From contig NC_135764.1 of the NCBI RefSeq assembly GCF_052425735.1, positions 3,658,001-3,722,000 on the forward strand: a stretch of 64,000 nucleotides of DNA, in the 5' to 3' direction. Of the stretch, positions 13,301-23,833 are shown in pieces. The stretch is from Oculina patagonica (Eukaryota). A program made the position numbers and the translations under genes. The notes beneath the pieces were generated by a model. That model had not been told where the DNA came from, ran no database searches, and saw nothing but the letters and a program-made list of their open reading frames with translations. Positions within the stretch are counted from its first letter, which is position 1. Each line of letters opens with the position of its first letter.

Positions 13301-15912
13301 TGTGCCAAATTGCTTCTAAAAGACTCTTCTATTCTCTGTTACATGGCTTATCTTAATACTGCTGAAACCTTAAATGAAAGTGAAAAATGTAGGGGAGAAA
13401 TGAAATGTGGGGAAACCTTAGAAGAGTCGGTGTGGTGTGGTCAAAATGGAGGCAAAATTGAAGAGGACTGTTAAAAGTGCATTGTAGACATAACTTGATT
13501 TTTGTTTCGGTTCGGCAGAATTTATTTAAAAACGCGCATAAACTGCTCAGAAATGCTCTTTGCTTACATAGATGAAATAGAGTCATTAAAAAGCATCAAC
13601 AACAATAACCTCGCCAAGTTCAAAAGGCAAAACTAATTAATTGCCTTCTTGAAGAAAAATACTATTTATACTCATAAATGACACTACATGTAGCTAATTT
13701 CCGTCTAGTGACCTCGTAGATCTGTCGGTGGAATGCCTTTTGTCACCACTGAACTCTTTTAGGTATTAAAATACCCAGAAGTGACGGATATAGATTTTCT
13801 CCTTACAACATCGATTGTCAAGCATAGAAGTGTAGAGAATAAAGAAATGCGTCAATTAGGGATATAGACAACAAGACCAGTTCGTGTTCTTTCCGCTATT
13901 TTTAAAAGAGGCGCGAATTACAGCATGTGAGAATCCCGGGGTGAGAAATCCCTATAAAACTTTCATTCGCGAAGTGTTTGCTGCAAAACGTTCATTTCTA
14001 AAATATCCACCGCCTGTAAGATATCTCGCATAAGATTTCACTCAGCAAATTTAAGGGATCTAGATTGCTTGCACACCCTCCTTTCTCTTAAAATGCAACA
14101 AGTGTTTATCCCACGAACGCGAACGCGGGGGGGGGGGGGGGAATGGAGGTGAGATGTTTCTCTCCTCGTGTGCGTCCTAGCGCGCCGCAAATAGCCCCCC
14201 CCCCCTTCTGTTCCTTCTCCCAAACGTCCTTTTGTGCTGCAACGAGACAAATTCAAGAGAGAAAAGAACTGCAAGCAATCTAGAGGGATCTAGCTTTTGT
14301 CAAGTAAAAGCCGAGTAAAAGACCAGCTGAGAAATTCTAGGGAATTAGTTCGATCATGCCGAGTCCCATACCAACATTTCGCCTCGCAACATGATTGCAA
14401 CCTCATATGTTACGTATACCGAGAAAAAAATCGGTGAATGGCATTGCAAGAACTAACATTTAAAGAAAAGTGTTCAATTTAGCTGTCAGTAAGATTTAAT
14501 TTCCAGCTTGTGACTAAGAGATTAAAAAAAATTTCAACGCACTTGTGATTAACGTTTTTTTAATCGTTTTGGTATTTATGTTGAATTGAGCACTTTCAAT
14601 CACTTTCGTTTTACTGTGGAAAATTGTAAATAGCAGTTAATCTGTCATGAGAATTCTGTGGCGGTGACAAAAAAAGTTAATTTCCTTTCCATGGGGCGAA
14701 AACAGCATTTTTTTTTCATGAACTTGGCTCATACGATAAGACATCGGTTCCTTGGCCATTTATGTAATTGTCATAGGCTAATTATGTTCTCTCTTGCAAA
14801 AGAAATTTGTCTAATGTCGGGATATTTTTAGTCGGTTTTAACGAAAATAACAACCCTAAAAGGAGCCCAGTAATGAAGGCCACACCTGTTAATCAGCTGC
14901 CTGTCAATCAGTTTAAGTTTTTGCGTGGAAGGTAGCATTAACATAGCCTGCAGACGAACAAAACCCCGGTATAGTCCGTCTATACCGGGGTCTTGTTCAT
15001 TTGCAACGCAGGCTAGCATTAAGATTTAACACTGATACAAGCGGGAAAGTCGAGGAAAGAGAAAGTTGTTGTTAAGCAAGTGATTTCAGAATTGCTATTT
15101 CCATTTCCTTTAAACGAATCTTAGTGTTTTCATAACGTACAATGAACAGAAGAAACTCCTTGCCTTGTTACTTGCTTAAGTTTTTGACGCCTTTCCTCCA
15201 TCTTTAAGTTGGTTTCTAAGCCAATCAAAAGTAAAATAACCACACGTTGACATCTCCATCACCCAGTTTTAACTTGGATTTTGAAGTGAATGAAAACCCT
15301 TCTTTGACTAGCAACCATAAGCACGGCGTGTACCAAGCCCGAAAAACCCTTAGAGCCCAAGCGCAGCCTAATCTTGTTCCCACGGCCTTCGCTCCCTCTA
15401 TCGTTGACCAGTAGGACCGAAGGCTCAGGAAAGCGCGTTTCTGACACGGATCTGTTTGTGACATACCCTGGTTCTAAAGGTTTTCTCTAATATGCCATTT
15501 CCGAGTTACCCTTTGCCTCTGTTTCAAAACGAGTCTACGTGCGTAACCATTCAAATGAAAATGATCTTCACCGACACGTCGATTTTCATGCAAATCAAAC
15601 TCACACGTAGACTCGTTTTAAAACAGGGGCAAAGGGTAACTCGGAAATATCTATATTTCTAAAACAAATTTGAACCGCGACGGCAATTCGCTTTAGTAGA
15701 AGAAAGAAAACGTCTGGGACTAGGGCATTTGTGACATCCAATTCTAATTATGTGTTGTTGGTTTTTTTTTAGACGACCTTTCCCAGATGTTCCAAGAGGC
15801 CGGGCTTGTTGAAGAACAGAACTACGTTGACCGCAGACTGCAAGTGAATCGCGGGCGTCAGCTGAAAATGTATCGTATCTGGATTCAGTGCAAGTATCGA
15901 AAACAAAGATGA
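1362..15912 (+). CDS. METTL2: tRNA N3-methylcytidine methyltransferase METTL2, 3' part; exons 1362-1392, 1740-1815, 3632-3697, 15773-15912 (5' exons lie upstream of the window)
   Basis: All exons are bounded by AG/GT and phase-compatible. Spliced translation: [103 protein letters not shown]. This closely matches the METTL2 C-terminus. AATAAA at ~15930 and ~16005. Confidence 0.95.
2790..3233. repeat. Degenerate interspersed DNA element rich in GGGACA/TGTCGC motifs
   Basis: Many short internal gggaca/catgt repeats and a terminal cccttcgtgtgcgggcacct; no credible ORF. Confidence 0.5.
4628..5181 (+). repeat. Direct tandem duplication of ~250 bp (4628-4881 and 4932-5181) with a ~50-bp pure A/T spacer
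   Basis: Both units run from ...aatcgccggctctc... to ...aaattagaaaatatcccgatt with few substitutions and one small indel. Confidence 0.9.
8724..9748 (-). CDS. snail: Snail-family C2H2 zinc-finger transcriptional repressor, 251 aa; exons 9748-9664 and 9394-8724
   Basis: N-terminal SNAG motif MPKAFLVKK. Phase-1 intron G|gtaagt...caacag|GT of 269 bp. Five zinc fingers including [52 protein letters not shown]...[16 protein letters not shown], diagnostic of Snail/Slug. Minus-strand AATAAA at 8217-8222. Confidence 0.97.
9880..9925 (-). promoter_or_regulatory. Putative snail proximal promoter elements: CCAAT box, CRE (TGACGTCA 9902-9909), Snail-type E-box (CAGGTG 9915-9920)
   Basis: Motifs are clustered 130-180 bp upstream of the snail ATG; function is inferred from motif identity only. 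Confidence 0.45.
14061..14282. mobile_element. Small MITE (TAGATTGCTTGCA...TGCAAGCAATCTA)
   Basis: 13-bp perfect terminal inverted repeat; flanks aagggatc / gagggatc resemble a target duplication. Confidence 0.7.
14944..15015. mobile_element. Miniature palindromic element TAGCCTGC...GCAGGCTA with 9-bp TSD
   Basis: Hairpin-forming; flanks gcattaaca / gcattaaga. Confidence 0.7.
15490..15655. mobile_element. MITE with long terminal inverted repeats
   Basis: atttccgagttaccctttgcctctgtttcaaaacgagtct ... agactcgttttaaaacaggggcaaagggtaactcggaaat. Confidence 0.75.
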
Positions 15913-16027
15913 CGAAAACGTTTATAGTGAATAAAAATGTTGACGGTTTGATTTTAATGCATTTGTCTGTTCATTTATTGTACTTCTTTATTGTTCTTCG
16001 AGAGAATAAAACAATGCCGTTAGCCCC

Positions 16028-16090
16028 AAAACAATAGCAACTGCTACACTAGAGGACCAGTATTATAACAAGCTTAAAAGAGCTGCTACA
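16028..16090. repeat. Short dispersed repeat, second copy at 18109-18171
   Basis: aaaacaatagcaactgctacactagagga...agctgctaca is present at both loci. Confidence 0.7.
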
Positions 16091-16958
16091 CTCGTGTAGG
16101 TAGGAGGGTAGGGGATTGGGCATAGCAAAGTGACCAATGAGCACAGACCTTCGAGAACTCGACTAGCAAAGACAAGTAAACTTTGTTCTTAATCAAATAC
16201 AGTTTATTATTTATTTTGTTGATAGCGCTCACCACTAACAGATTAATAACCATGTCCTCAATTTTACTAGTGAGCTTGATTTTCTAAAAGGAAACCTAAC
16301 ATTACTGGTTTAATATTGCAGAACAGTCGACCATTGTTCGATAAAGAAAAAAATTAATTTAAGATTCCAGTAAATTTCATATTCAGTTTTTCAAATTATT
16401 AAATGGCTTTGCAATTTTCCCCCTCCACTTTGTTCTTGACAAATCTTAAACTGAAAGAGGTTAAGAATAAAAAGGTTTGTACTAGAAGAACAGAGCCTGG
16501 GTTTAATGATTATCACTTAGCTTTTGAAAAATTGAGCTCAGTACTCAACAAATGACAGCAATCCATTAGGAAAGTGATGGAGAGGACAAAAATGGACTTT
16601 AATAAGAAAAAATGAGAAAGTGAGGTTCATGTTTGGCATGGATTCTCTTCACACAGTTTGAAGATCTGTCAAATCTATAAATCCCCCCTTCGAAACATTG
16701 CTTTCTATCATTGAGTTCCTTTTTTACATTTTTTTTAATTTCATCAGTAGGAAGAATACTTCCAGTATTTAATATTTTTTGGGGGCCGACAGTGTTTGTT
16801 CACCTAGAATAGATCATAATATGAATCCAACAGGCATTTTTCCAGTACTTGTTGATAAGTAACATGCTTGAATGTTGCATCATGGTGGTTAAAACTAATT
16901 TGGTCAAGCCCTGTCGTTTGTTCTGCAGTAGTTTGGAGAAGGAAGGCCAAGCCTGCCA

Positions 16959-19900
16959 CTAATCTTCACTTTCCTCGTTGCTAAATCTCGTATGTTTTGG
17001 GTGTTTTGTCTTTATTTCTGAGGCCTGTAAAAATAAAAAAATTGAAAAAAAAAAAAACACAGAGGGAGTAAGCAAGAACTTCACACAATCTTCACAACAC
17101 TTCAATACATTTCAGTGGCATTTGCCACGATACATGTATGTTTAGTATCATGTATCTGATTGTTGCCATTGATCACCTTATTATTTATCAAGGTCCTAAT
17201 AATGCCCAGAAGTTGCAACCCTCCATAAGTAGTAAACGAATGAGGCTACTAAATCCGAAAGTAATGATCCTTGTTACTTGCAGAACTTTATGGTAGCAAG
17301 AAAACTGAATTAAACCATATGCTTTAATGCTAAACAATAACACTTGAGGGGGTTTAGGATTCCAGGGTATAAATGGTCCAAGAGAAAAGAAACAACACTT
17401 TTGTCTGTGCTACTAGAGAAAGGAGCAAAGCATGGGGCTCGCAGGGTTTCTGTTTGCTTCTGAGGGTCCTTTAACTTTGCAGTGAAATATGGACAAATTG
17501 GCAAGTTAAAAATGTTAGGAGTGTGGGAAAGGCCTAAAGGGCAGATAAGAGTGGAAGGGCAGGAAAATACAGCTGTTAGAGTTGCACAGTAGCTGTGTTC
17601 TTGATGAAGTGAAAAAAAAAAAAAAAAAAAAACTAGGATTAACTTACATAGCCAGGAAACTCATAGTCAATGCCAAGATCTTTCATCTTTTTTCTCTTCT
17701 TTTGTTCTTTTCTGAGAATATTTTTGACTTGTTTTTGATGTTCCTCGTCAGTCTTTGTCTGAAACAGACGGAAAGAAAGGTGATAAACACAATCATTATA
17801 GCACCAGAGTAATGAAGATGTGATTTTCAAAAAAACCTGTGATGCAGGGTTGAACTTGCGACTACAGACAACAAATCCAGCAAGTTACCAGGAATCTCCA
17901 TATGTGGGTCAGGTAGTAGCCTGCGGGCGCGCATTTCCGGCCGTGCTTCTCTTCTCTTCTATTTTTCGGCGGAGAGAAGCGACGGCCGGAAATGCGTCTG
18001 CTCTCGCAGGCTAGTCAGGTAGCAGCTCTCGCAAGGTCGCACATGAATGGCTTGCTACCCTTTGAGAGAACAATAGAACAAACAACAGGAACAATGCCCC
18101 AAGTCCGCAAAACAATAGCAACTGCTACACTAGAGGAACAGTAGAATTACAAGCTGACGAGAGCTGCTACATCCTAAACAACTCAGCCATGCTGACAAGT
18201 GTCCTATCATCAAATTCTTCTAACTTAAACTATAAAAAATGTATGGAGACCAATAAGTAAAATTTGTGTGTTGACAAGTCGATCAAATATGAAACAAAGG
18301 TGCTGTCAATTTAAACTTGACTCCAATACATCTTACTTTGTATTGATCTTTTATTACAGGGCCGTGGGCAAGATTTTGCATGGGTGGGTGCAAGCACCAG
18401 AGGCGTGAACCTCTCTTTTGTGGCGTGTGGGTGGACTGCTGATGCACCTATTGCACCCTCCTGCCTATGGCCCTGTTTCAACAAGACATTTGAGGGTAAT
18501 CACCATTCTCTTTGTTTTGTTGACTATCAGTACTCACCTTATTTTGCTTTTTGATTTCATTTTTCTGTCGGGGTATAAAACGAAATTTTCTGTTTGATCC
18601 TTTCCATAGCCTTGGATGAACTCTATCATTAGGGATTACTTTGCCTGTAAAAATGGAAAATGGCAGAAATTTAGATTCAATAGTAAAGCCTTAAACGTAC
18701 CTGGCTCATCTCAGAGCTACACTTTGATTTCTGTAGCATGAAGCAGCCGGGAGTATTTCTACTCCCCCTGCTGGATGTGATGCTAGTCCATCGCAGGGTT
18801 ACCTCCCCAGCATTATGTCAGGTTGCCTCAACAATTCGTCGGTACCCATTCATATTCCTGGGTGGAGAGACGCACTGTGGGAGTGAAGTGCCCAAGAACA
18901 CAACACAATGGACATCAGAAATAGGCCCTTTTGTAAACTGAAGGCCCTGTAAATGAACATTAAAATGCGATCTTAAGAATTTCAGGCTCCTTAGTGTGAC
19001 TACATGTATACTCACATTTTAATAATCTTCCAAACATCATGTAATTATGCATAGTTTCTGCTACAATTTTGGCGACTTCATCACAGGCAAACTCCACAAA
19101 GGCATAGCCTTTTGATCTTGCAGTCTGTGTAGTAGAAATAAAGAAACAAATTAATAACCTGACAAAAAATTTAAATCTCAAGATAAAAATAATCACTACC
19201 AATTACCAATTTTACCAAAAAATGTCTGTCTTTTCACAGTCAAGTAAATAAAATTCGAAATACAGGTGCACATCACATCATGGACCAAAACACAGGAAAG
19301 AAATGCAAAACACCATGATCATAAAATATACATGTACATGCTTTATAAGATATTCCTGCATTGGACTTTTGACACCCATAACAACATTAAAAGTACTATA
19401 AAATGGTATACAGTAAAAACCCGCATATAAGAACCTAACATTTAAGAACCTGTTAGGCTAAAATTTCATTTTTAAGCACCCTTCATAAGACCATTTTAGG
19501 CTAAAATTCTAAAACAGGTTCTTTTTTCAAAATAAGAGATAAATACTAATTCCAATCCTCTGTCAGTGGACATTTTTAAAGAGGAACTTTGACATTTTAT
19601 CATGTTATGTTATTTTGTTTACAAGATTTATTGGGAATTATAGTGAAGGTTACAGTATAGGTTTGATTTTAACAGAATCAGATTAAAATAGTATATATTT
19701 TGCTTACCGAAGCCTCCAAGAATACTTTATTGGACATTAAAGACCAGATCATTTAAAAATTCTACTTTATTTCTTGAACAAAAGTTAAGAACCTAATTAA
19801 GAACCTGGTTGCCTATTTTACATATACATTTTATAGAACTGTTTAGGCTACTTGAAAAACCTAGGTTCTTATACGCGGGTTTTTACTGTATAGTCGACTC

Positions 19901-21761
19901 TCTCTAAAATGGACACCGTCGGGACCGGCTCCAACTGTCCATCTTAGAGAGGTGTCCGTCTTATAGGGAGTTTAGTTACAGTAAAATTACTGAAAAAAAT
20001 CAGGGAGGTGACCAAAAGCAGGTTTCCGTCTTAAAGAGGTGTCGTCTTATAAGGTGTGGTAGAGTTGACTGTATTCTTATTATTGTAAAATAATCTAAAC
20101 TAATCTGATGCAAATTTCAACATAAACAAGGCTTAATACTGTGATTCATAAACAAACCACTGTTATGGATGGCATATTATTTTATTCATTTCTTATCTAG
20201 AGTCTGAGCCACCCACCTTTTTGCTTCTTGAAAGTCTGACTTTATTTACTGTGCCAAATTGTGAGAAAAAGTCTCGAATTTGATTTTCATAGAAGCCATG
20301 TGGAATATGACCAAGATAGATAACACCAGGGGTCAAGTCATCAGCCTAAAGTGAAAAAAATGTGAATAACCTTATTAAGTCAGTCAGAGTGTGTACATTG
20401 ATGCCTGTAACTATCACTGGCTTTTTTACCCATTTTACATGGGGTATGTTTTCCCTAGTGGAGGGAGAATTCTGTGAGTCAAAGTCAGTTGGGTCACACT
20501 TTCCTAACAAGCACACAAGGTACATGTACAAGGTAAAATTTGCATTTGAACTTAGTGGTCCATCTATCAAACCATGTCTCCAGTTTATGTAGCATGAAGA
20601 GACTAGGAGTATACCCACTCCCCCTTTAATGAGATCCAAGCCCACTGCAGAGTGATCCCTCAGGATTTAATTTGTCCCTACCCACCCCTAACCCTTGGGT
20701 GGAGAGGGGCACTGTGACAGTAAACTGTTCTGCTCAAGGACACAATGTGCATAGCCAACCGCCAAAAACACAATTGAGCTCCTTGCTGTTTTACTTCTGG
20801 TCATTTTATTTTTTTTTTAACTAACGCCATCCCTTTTTTTGTCTGTTTATCGTTATCTGACTGACCCATATTTTGGCATTTTCAAAAAAAAAAACTCATG
20901 GATGCTGGCAGATCGCAAAGAAGCATTAGTGGTTTATCTTTTTTCGTTTTTCTCAGCTGATTTTAACCACGACATCGATGTTTTCTACCTCCATTGCAGC
21001 TATGTTGAATTTGTAACCACATTTCGTTGTTTCCAGCCTCCACGGCAATGATGCTTTGGTACAGAGCCTCTTAGATCTTGTACATTGCTCCGATTTTTTT
21101 GAGGATTTTTTTTAATCCGACCAACCAACCCAAAATTACGAAACACATTCAACAGTAAAAACAGTAAGGATCAAAAACTTGAGGTACAAGATTGTGATGA
21201 CCTCAACTCAAAGTCCAGCAAACTGACCATCAAGCCGCTATGTCTCCATCCTTTCCTTAACAGAATATATATCCCCTATTAAATCCCCATAGTTTTCCTT
21301 GTGATCTTTCAGATTTTCTTTACCAAAACATTCTATTAACTCTAATCATGTTTCATCCTGGTCATGGGCTGGGGAAAAATTACATTCAATCTCCCTGGAT
21401 TTTTTACTTCTGGGGGATAGCTAGCCAGTGATATATGCATATCACTGAAAGATCAAGCAGCATTTTCTTAGGAGGGGAAACACGATGAAACACGTATCAA
21501 TATCCTCTCAAAATATTTGTTATTAGTATAATTTCAGAGGTAATTATAAGAATTGGGGCATTTTGACCATTGGTCGAGAAACTCGGCTTGTGAAGCTATA
21601 ATCACCCCTCAGGCTCAGTGATTATGTGATAAACACAATCTTTTACTTACCTGGGTAGTTATTCTCTTGACTTTATCCTCAAATTCTTTTTGTTTATTTG
21701 AATCAAGAGCTAAACTTGATAGTTCATTCTTTTCACCTTCTTCTATGTTGTTGTCCGCCAT
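16959..21761 (-). CDS. NIFK: NIFK / Nop15-like nucleolar RRM protein (60S biogenesis), 210 aa; exons 21761-21651, 20345-20217, 19124-19016, 18644-18538, 17758-17648, 17024-16959
   Basis: Canonical GT-AG junctions, total 633 nt in frame. Translation includes [62 protein letters not shown]...[21 protein letters not shown]...VHPRLWKG...[10 protein letters not shown], all hallmarks of NIFK/Nop15. Confidence 0.93.
17917..18013. mobile_element. Miniature TAGCCTGC...GCAGGCTA element with perfect 9-bp TSD
   Basis: Internal inverted repeat catttccggccgt / acggccggaaatg; flanked by gtcaggtag on both sides. Confidence 0.8.
18357..18475 (+). mobile_element. Short degenerate relative of the hAT-like element at 23834-24623
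   Basis: Ends cagggccgt...gggtgggtgc and gcacc...gcaccc...atggccctg mirror the ends of the longer copy. Confidence 0.55.
18690..18908 (-). mobile_element. tRNA-derived SINE, partial copy (family of 48775-49081)
   Basis: Reverse-complement similarity to the 48775 element (gcccaagaacacaac, ggtacccatt, tgctagtccatcgcagggttac). Confidence 0.75.
19411..19888. mobile_element. Tc1/mariner (pogo-like) MITE
   Basis: TIR cagtaaaaacccgcatataagaaccta / taggttcttatacgcgggtttttactg, with TA on both flanks. Confidence 0.85.
19891..20071. mobile_element. Second Tc1/mariner-type MITE abutting the previous one
   Basis: Ends tagtcgactct... / ...agagttgactg followed by TA; internal gaggtgtccgtctta repeats. 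Confidence 0.7.
20528..20750 (-). mobile_element. tRNA-derived SINE, degenerate partial copy
   Basis: tagcatgaagagactaggagta and gggtggagaggggcactgtg match the reverse complement of the 48775 element. Confidence 0.65.
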
Positions 21762-21884
21762 GTTGAAATTTAACCACGTGGGTATGGAATGCGCATAAAC
21801 TTACACGTGTGACGCGAGCCCGCGATGTCGAATCGAACTCCATTGCTATGACAACGATCATAAACTCCTCAGATCGGAAACAAA
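21762..21884. promoter_or_regulatory. Bidirectional promoter NIFK/MDH1B: CACGTG at 21775-21780 and 21804-21809, RFX X-box-like ATTGCTATGACAAC at 21842-21855
   Basis: 123 bp separate the divergent ATGs; the interval is CpG-rich; motifs are seen directly. Confidence 0.75.
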
Positions 21885-23294
21885 ATGGCGAAGTATGTTA
21901 TCGCTGGAAAGGCAAATTGCCCTTTTTACGCCAAAGCAGAGCTTCTAGCCGATGAGCTTGCGTTAAACCTATCAGATTTCAAAGTTCACAAGATTGTAAA
22001 GCAGCCCGAAGAATGGGAAGACTGGCTAAAACTGACTTGCGAAGAGAAAGGATGGAAGCATGTTAGCTCTCCTCTTGTTTGGCGCGAGCTGGTCGATCGA
22101 GGCGGCGCGGGAATACTTCTTGGTGGATGCGATGACTTCTTAGAAATGGCGAAAGGCTATTACGGCATCACTTCAGTGAAAATGAGCGACGAATTGATAA
22201 ATATGGCCAAAGAAAATCTTCAAACAAAGATCGAGATTGATGCAGAGGAAGAACAGCGAAAAGCCGCCATCACACCTTTGCGAGTTTGTGTCGGTGGGGC
22301 ATCGAACGCTCTGGCTTATGGTGTTTTGAGTTACTTAGCTCAAGGAGAAGTCTTTGGAATCGATCAGGAAGTTAGTATATATCTCCTCGACACGCCTGAA
22401 TCGCAAGAAGTTCTCAAAGGAACAGCCATGGAGATCCAAGACTGTTCATGGCCTCTCCTAAGAGATGTGGTTTACACCTCGGATCCAGCGGTCGCCTTCC
22501 AAGATGCTAGCGTCGTAGTTCTGCTTGACGGAGTGCCTCTTGCAGGCGAAGGGGACAAAAAGGAGCAGCTTCTTGCTAATGCCAGAATTTTTAAAGCTCA
22601 TGGACAGGCACTTGACCAGTATGCCAAGAATGATGTAAAGGTACTCATTGGAGGTGGGCCCTCGAGTGTGAACGCTTTTGTCACCAGTAAATTTGCCCCA
22701 TCGATACCAAAACAAAATGTTTGCGCGTTGGCTCGCCTCCAGGAAAATAGGGCCAAGGGACAACTGGCCAAAAAACTGAATGTAAACACTGCTGGGTTGA
22801 AGGATGTAATTATCTGGGGTAACATAGGTGTCATTACCACAGCAGACCCAAGAAATGCAAGAGTGCATGGGTATGATGGGGCCATTTGGGGACCACATGT
22901 TCCCGGGTTCACACGTCAAGTACCAGAAATGGTTCATGATGATAAGTGGCTAGCTGGAGAGTTTTTGGAAACATTAAAAAAGCCGCTAGATAATGTTAAA
23001 AACCCAGGTGCGACCCCACCTTTATCAGGGAGCTTTGCTGTGCTGTCACAACTCTGTGACCTGTGGCACGGAACATCATCAGAGATTTATTCGCTTGGAG
23101 TATCCTCCGAAGGATGGTATGACCTTCCACAGGATATTGTGTTTTCTTTGCCGGTCAAGTTTGGCCAAGGTTCCTGGAAAATTGTTGACAATATCGAACT
23201 TGACGAAAACCTTAAATCTCAAGTGCAAACCATTGCTGAAGAACTGAAGAAAGACTGCGAGGAAATTTTAAGTGAGCTGAGCTCGGAAACTTGA
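21885..23294 (+). CDS. MDH1B: Malate dehydrogenase 1B (putative, likely catalytically inactive), single coding exon, 469 aa
   Basis: N-terminus MAKYVIAGKANCPFYAKAELLAD...SPLVWRELVDRGG is characteristic of MDH1B, followed by an MDH1-like fold (LRVCVGGA, GEVFG, DVIIWGN, GYDGAIWGP); AATAAA at ~23421 and ~23441. Confidence 0.93.
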   Translation: MAKYVIAGKANCPFYAKAELLADELALNLSDFKVHKIVKQPEEWEDWLKLTCEEKGWKHVSSPLVWRELVDRGGAGILLGGCDDFLEMAKGYYGITSVKMSDELINMAKENLQTKIEIDAEEEQRKAAITPLRVCVGGASNALAYGVLSYLAQGEVFGIDQEVSIYLLDTPESQEVLKGTAMEIQDCSWPLLRDVVYTSDPAVAFQDASVVVLLDGVPLAGEGDKKEQLLANARIFKAHGQALDQYAKNDVKVLIGGGPSSVNAFVTSKFAPSIPKQNVCALARLQENRAKGQLAKKLNVNTAGLKDVIIWGNIGVITTADPRNARVHGYDGAIWGPHVPGFTRQVPEMVHDDKWLAGEFLETLKKPLDNVKNPGATPPLSGSFAVLSQLCDLWHGTSSEIYSLGVSSEGWYDLPQDIVFSLPVKFGQGSWKIVDNIELDENLKSQVQTIAEELKKDCEEILSELSSET

Positions 23295-23833
23295 GTGGAT
23301 TTATAGTTCTGTTTGTACATAGGTAGAAAAATTAGCATCTTTTGACATGTAAATTAATTATTGCCAAATATATTGTAGTGGACTAAAGACTAAACAGAAT
23401 ATTCAACTGCTTTAAGAGTCAATAAATGTCAATCAATGTCAATAAAAATGTAAGTCAATTTTCAACTAGTGCTAGTAAATAAAATCACTGATGTTTAAAA
23501 TCGGTATGTGTGAAATCTGGTGATTTCCTGGGCAAGGTGGGGTGGGGAGGAGGAGGTACATCCACTAACAACAGGCAATTTAGATCCCTGCCAGGGTAGT
23601 CAGAGTAAATTCTGACAAGTAACATGGCCCAAAATGCACTGACAGTGCATACAATGAAATTATGGCCAATAGCATTTTTTCCCATAATTTTCTGATTGCA
23701 GGCATAAAGTATAAGACAGTAACAAGGGTATTTATTTTAAAATCTGGACAAGTGACACAAGATCCCTCCACCCGCCTCTATCACAGTCTGTGCCACCCCA
23801 TTGGGTATGGTTTTAAGATTTTCTTGGCAGATC

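Noticed and set aside
22458-22937. 159-aa and 104-aa antisense ORFs in MDH1B; likewise 47241-47699 antisense to the C2 gene
   Set aside because: Shadow ORFs of real coding sequence with no recognisable motifs.
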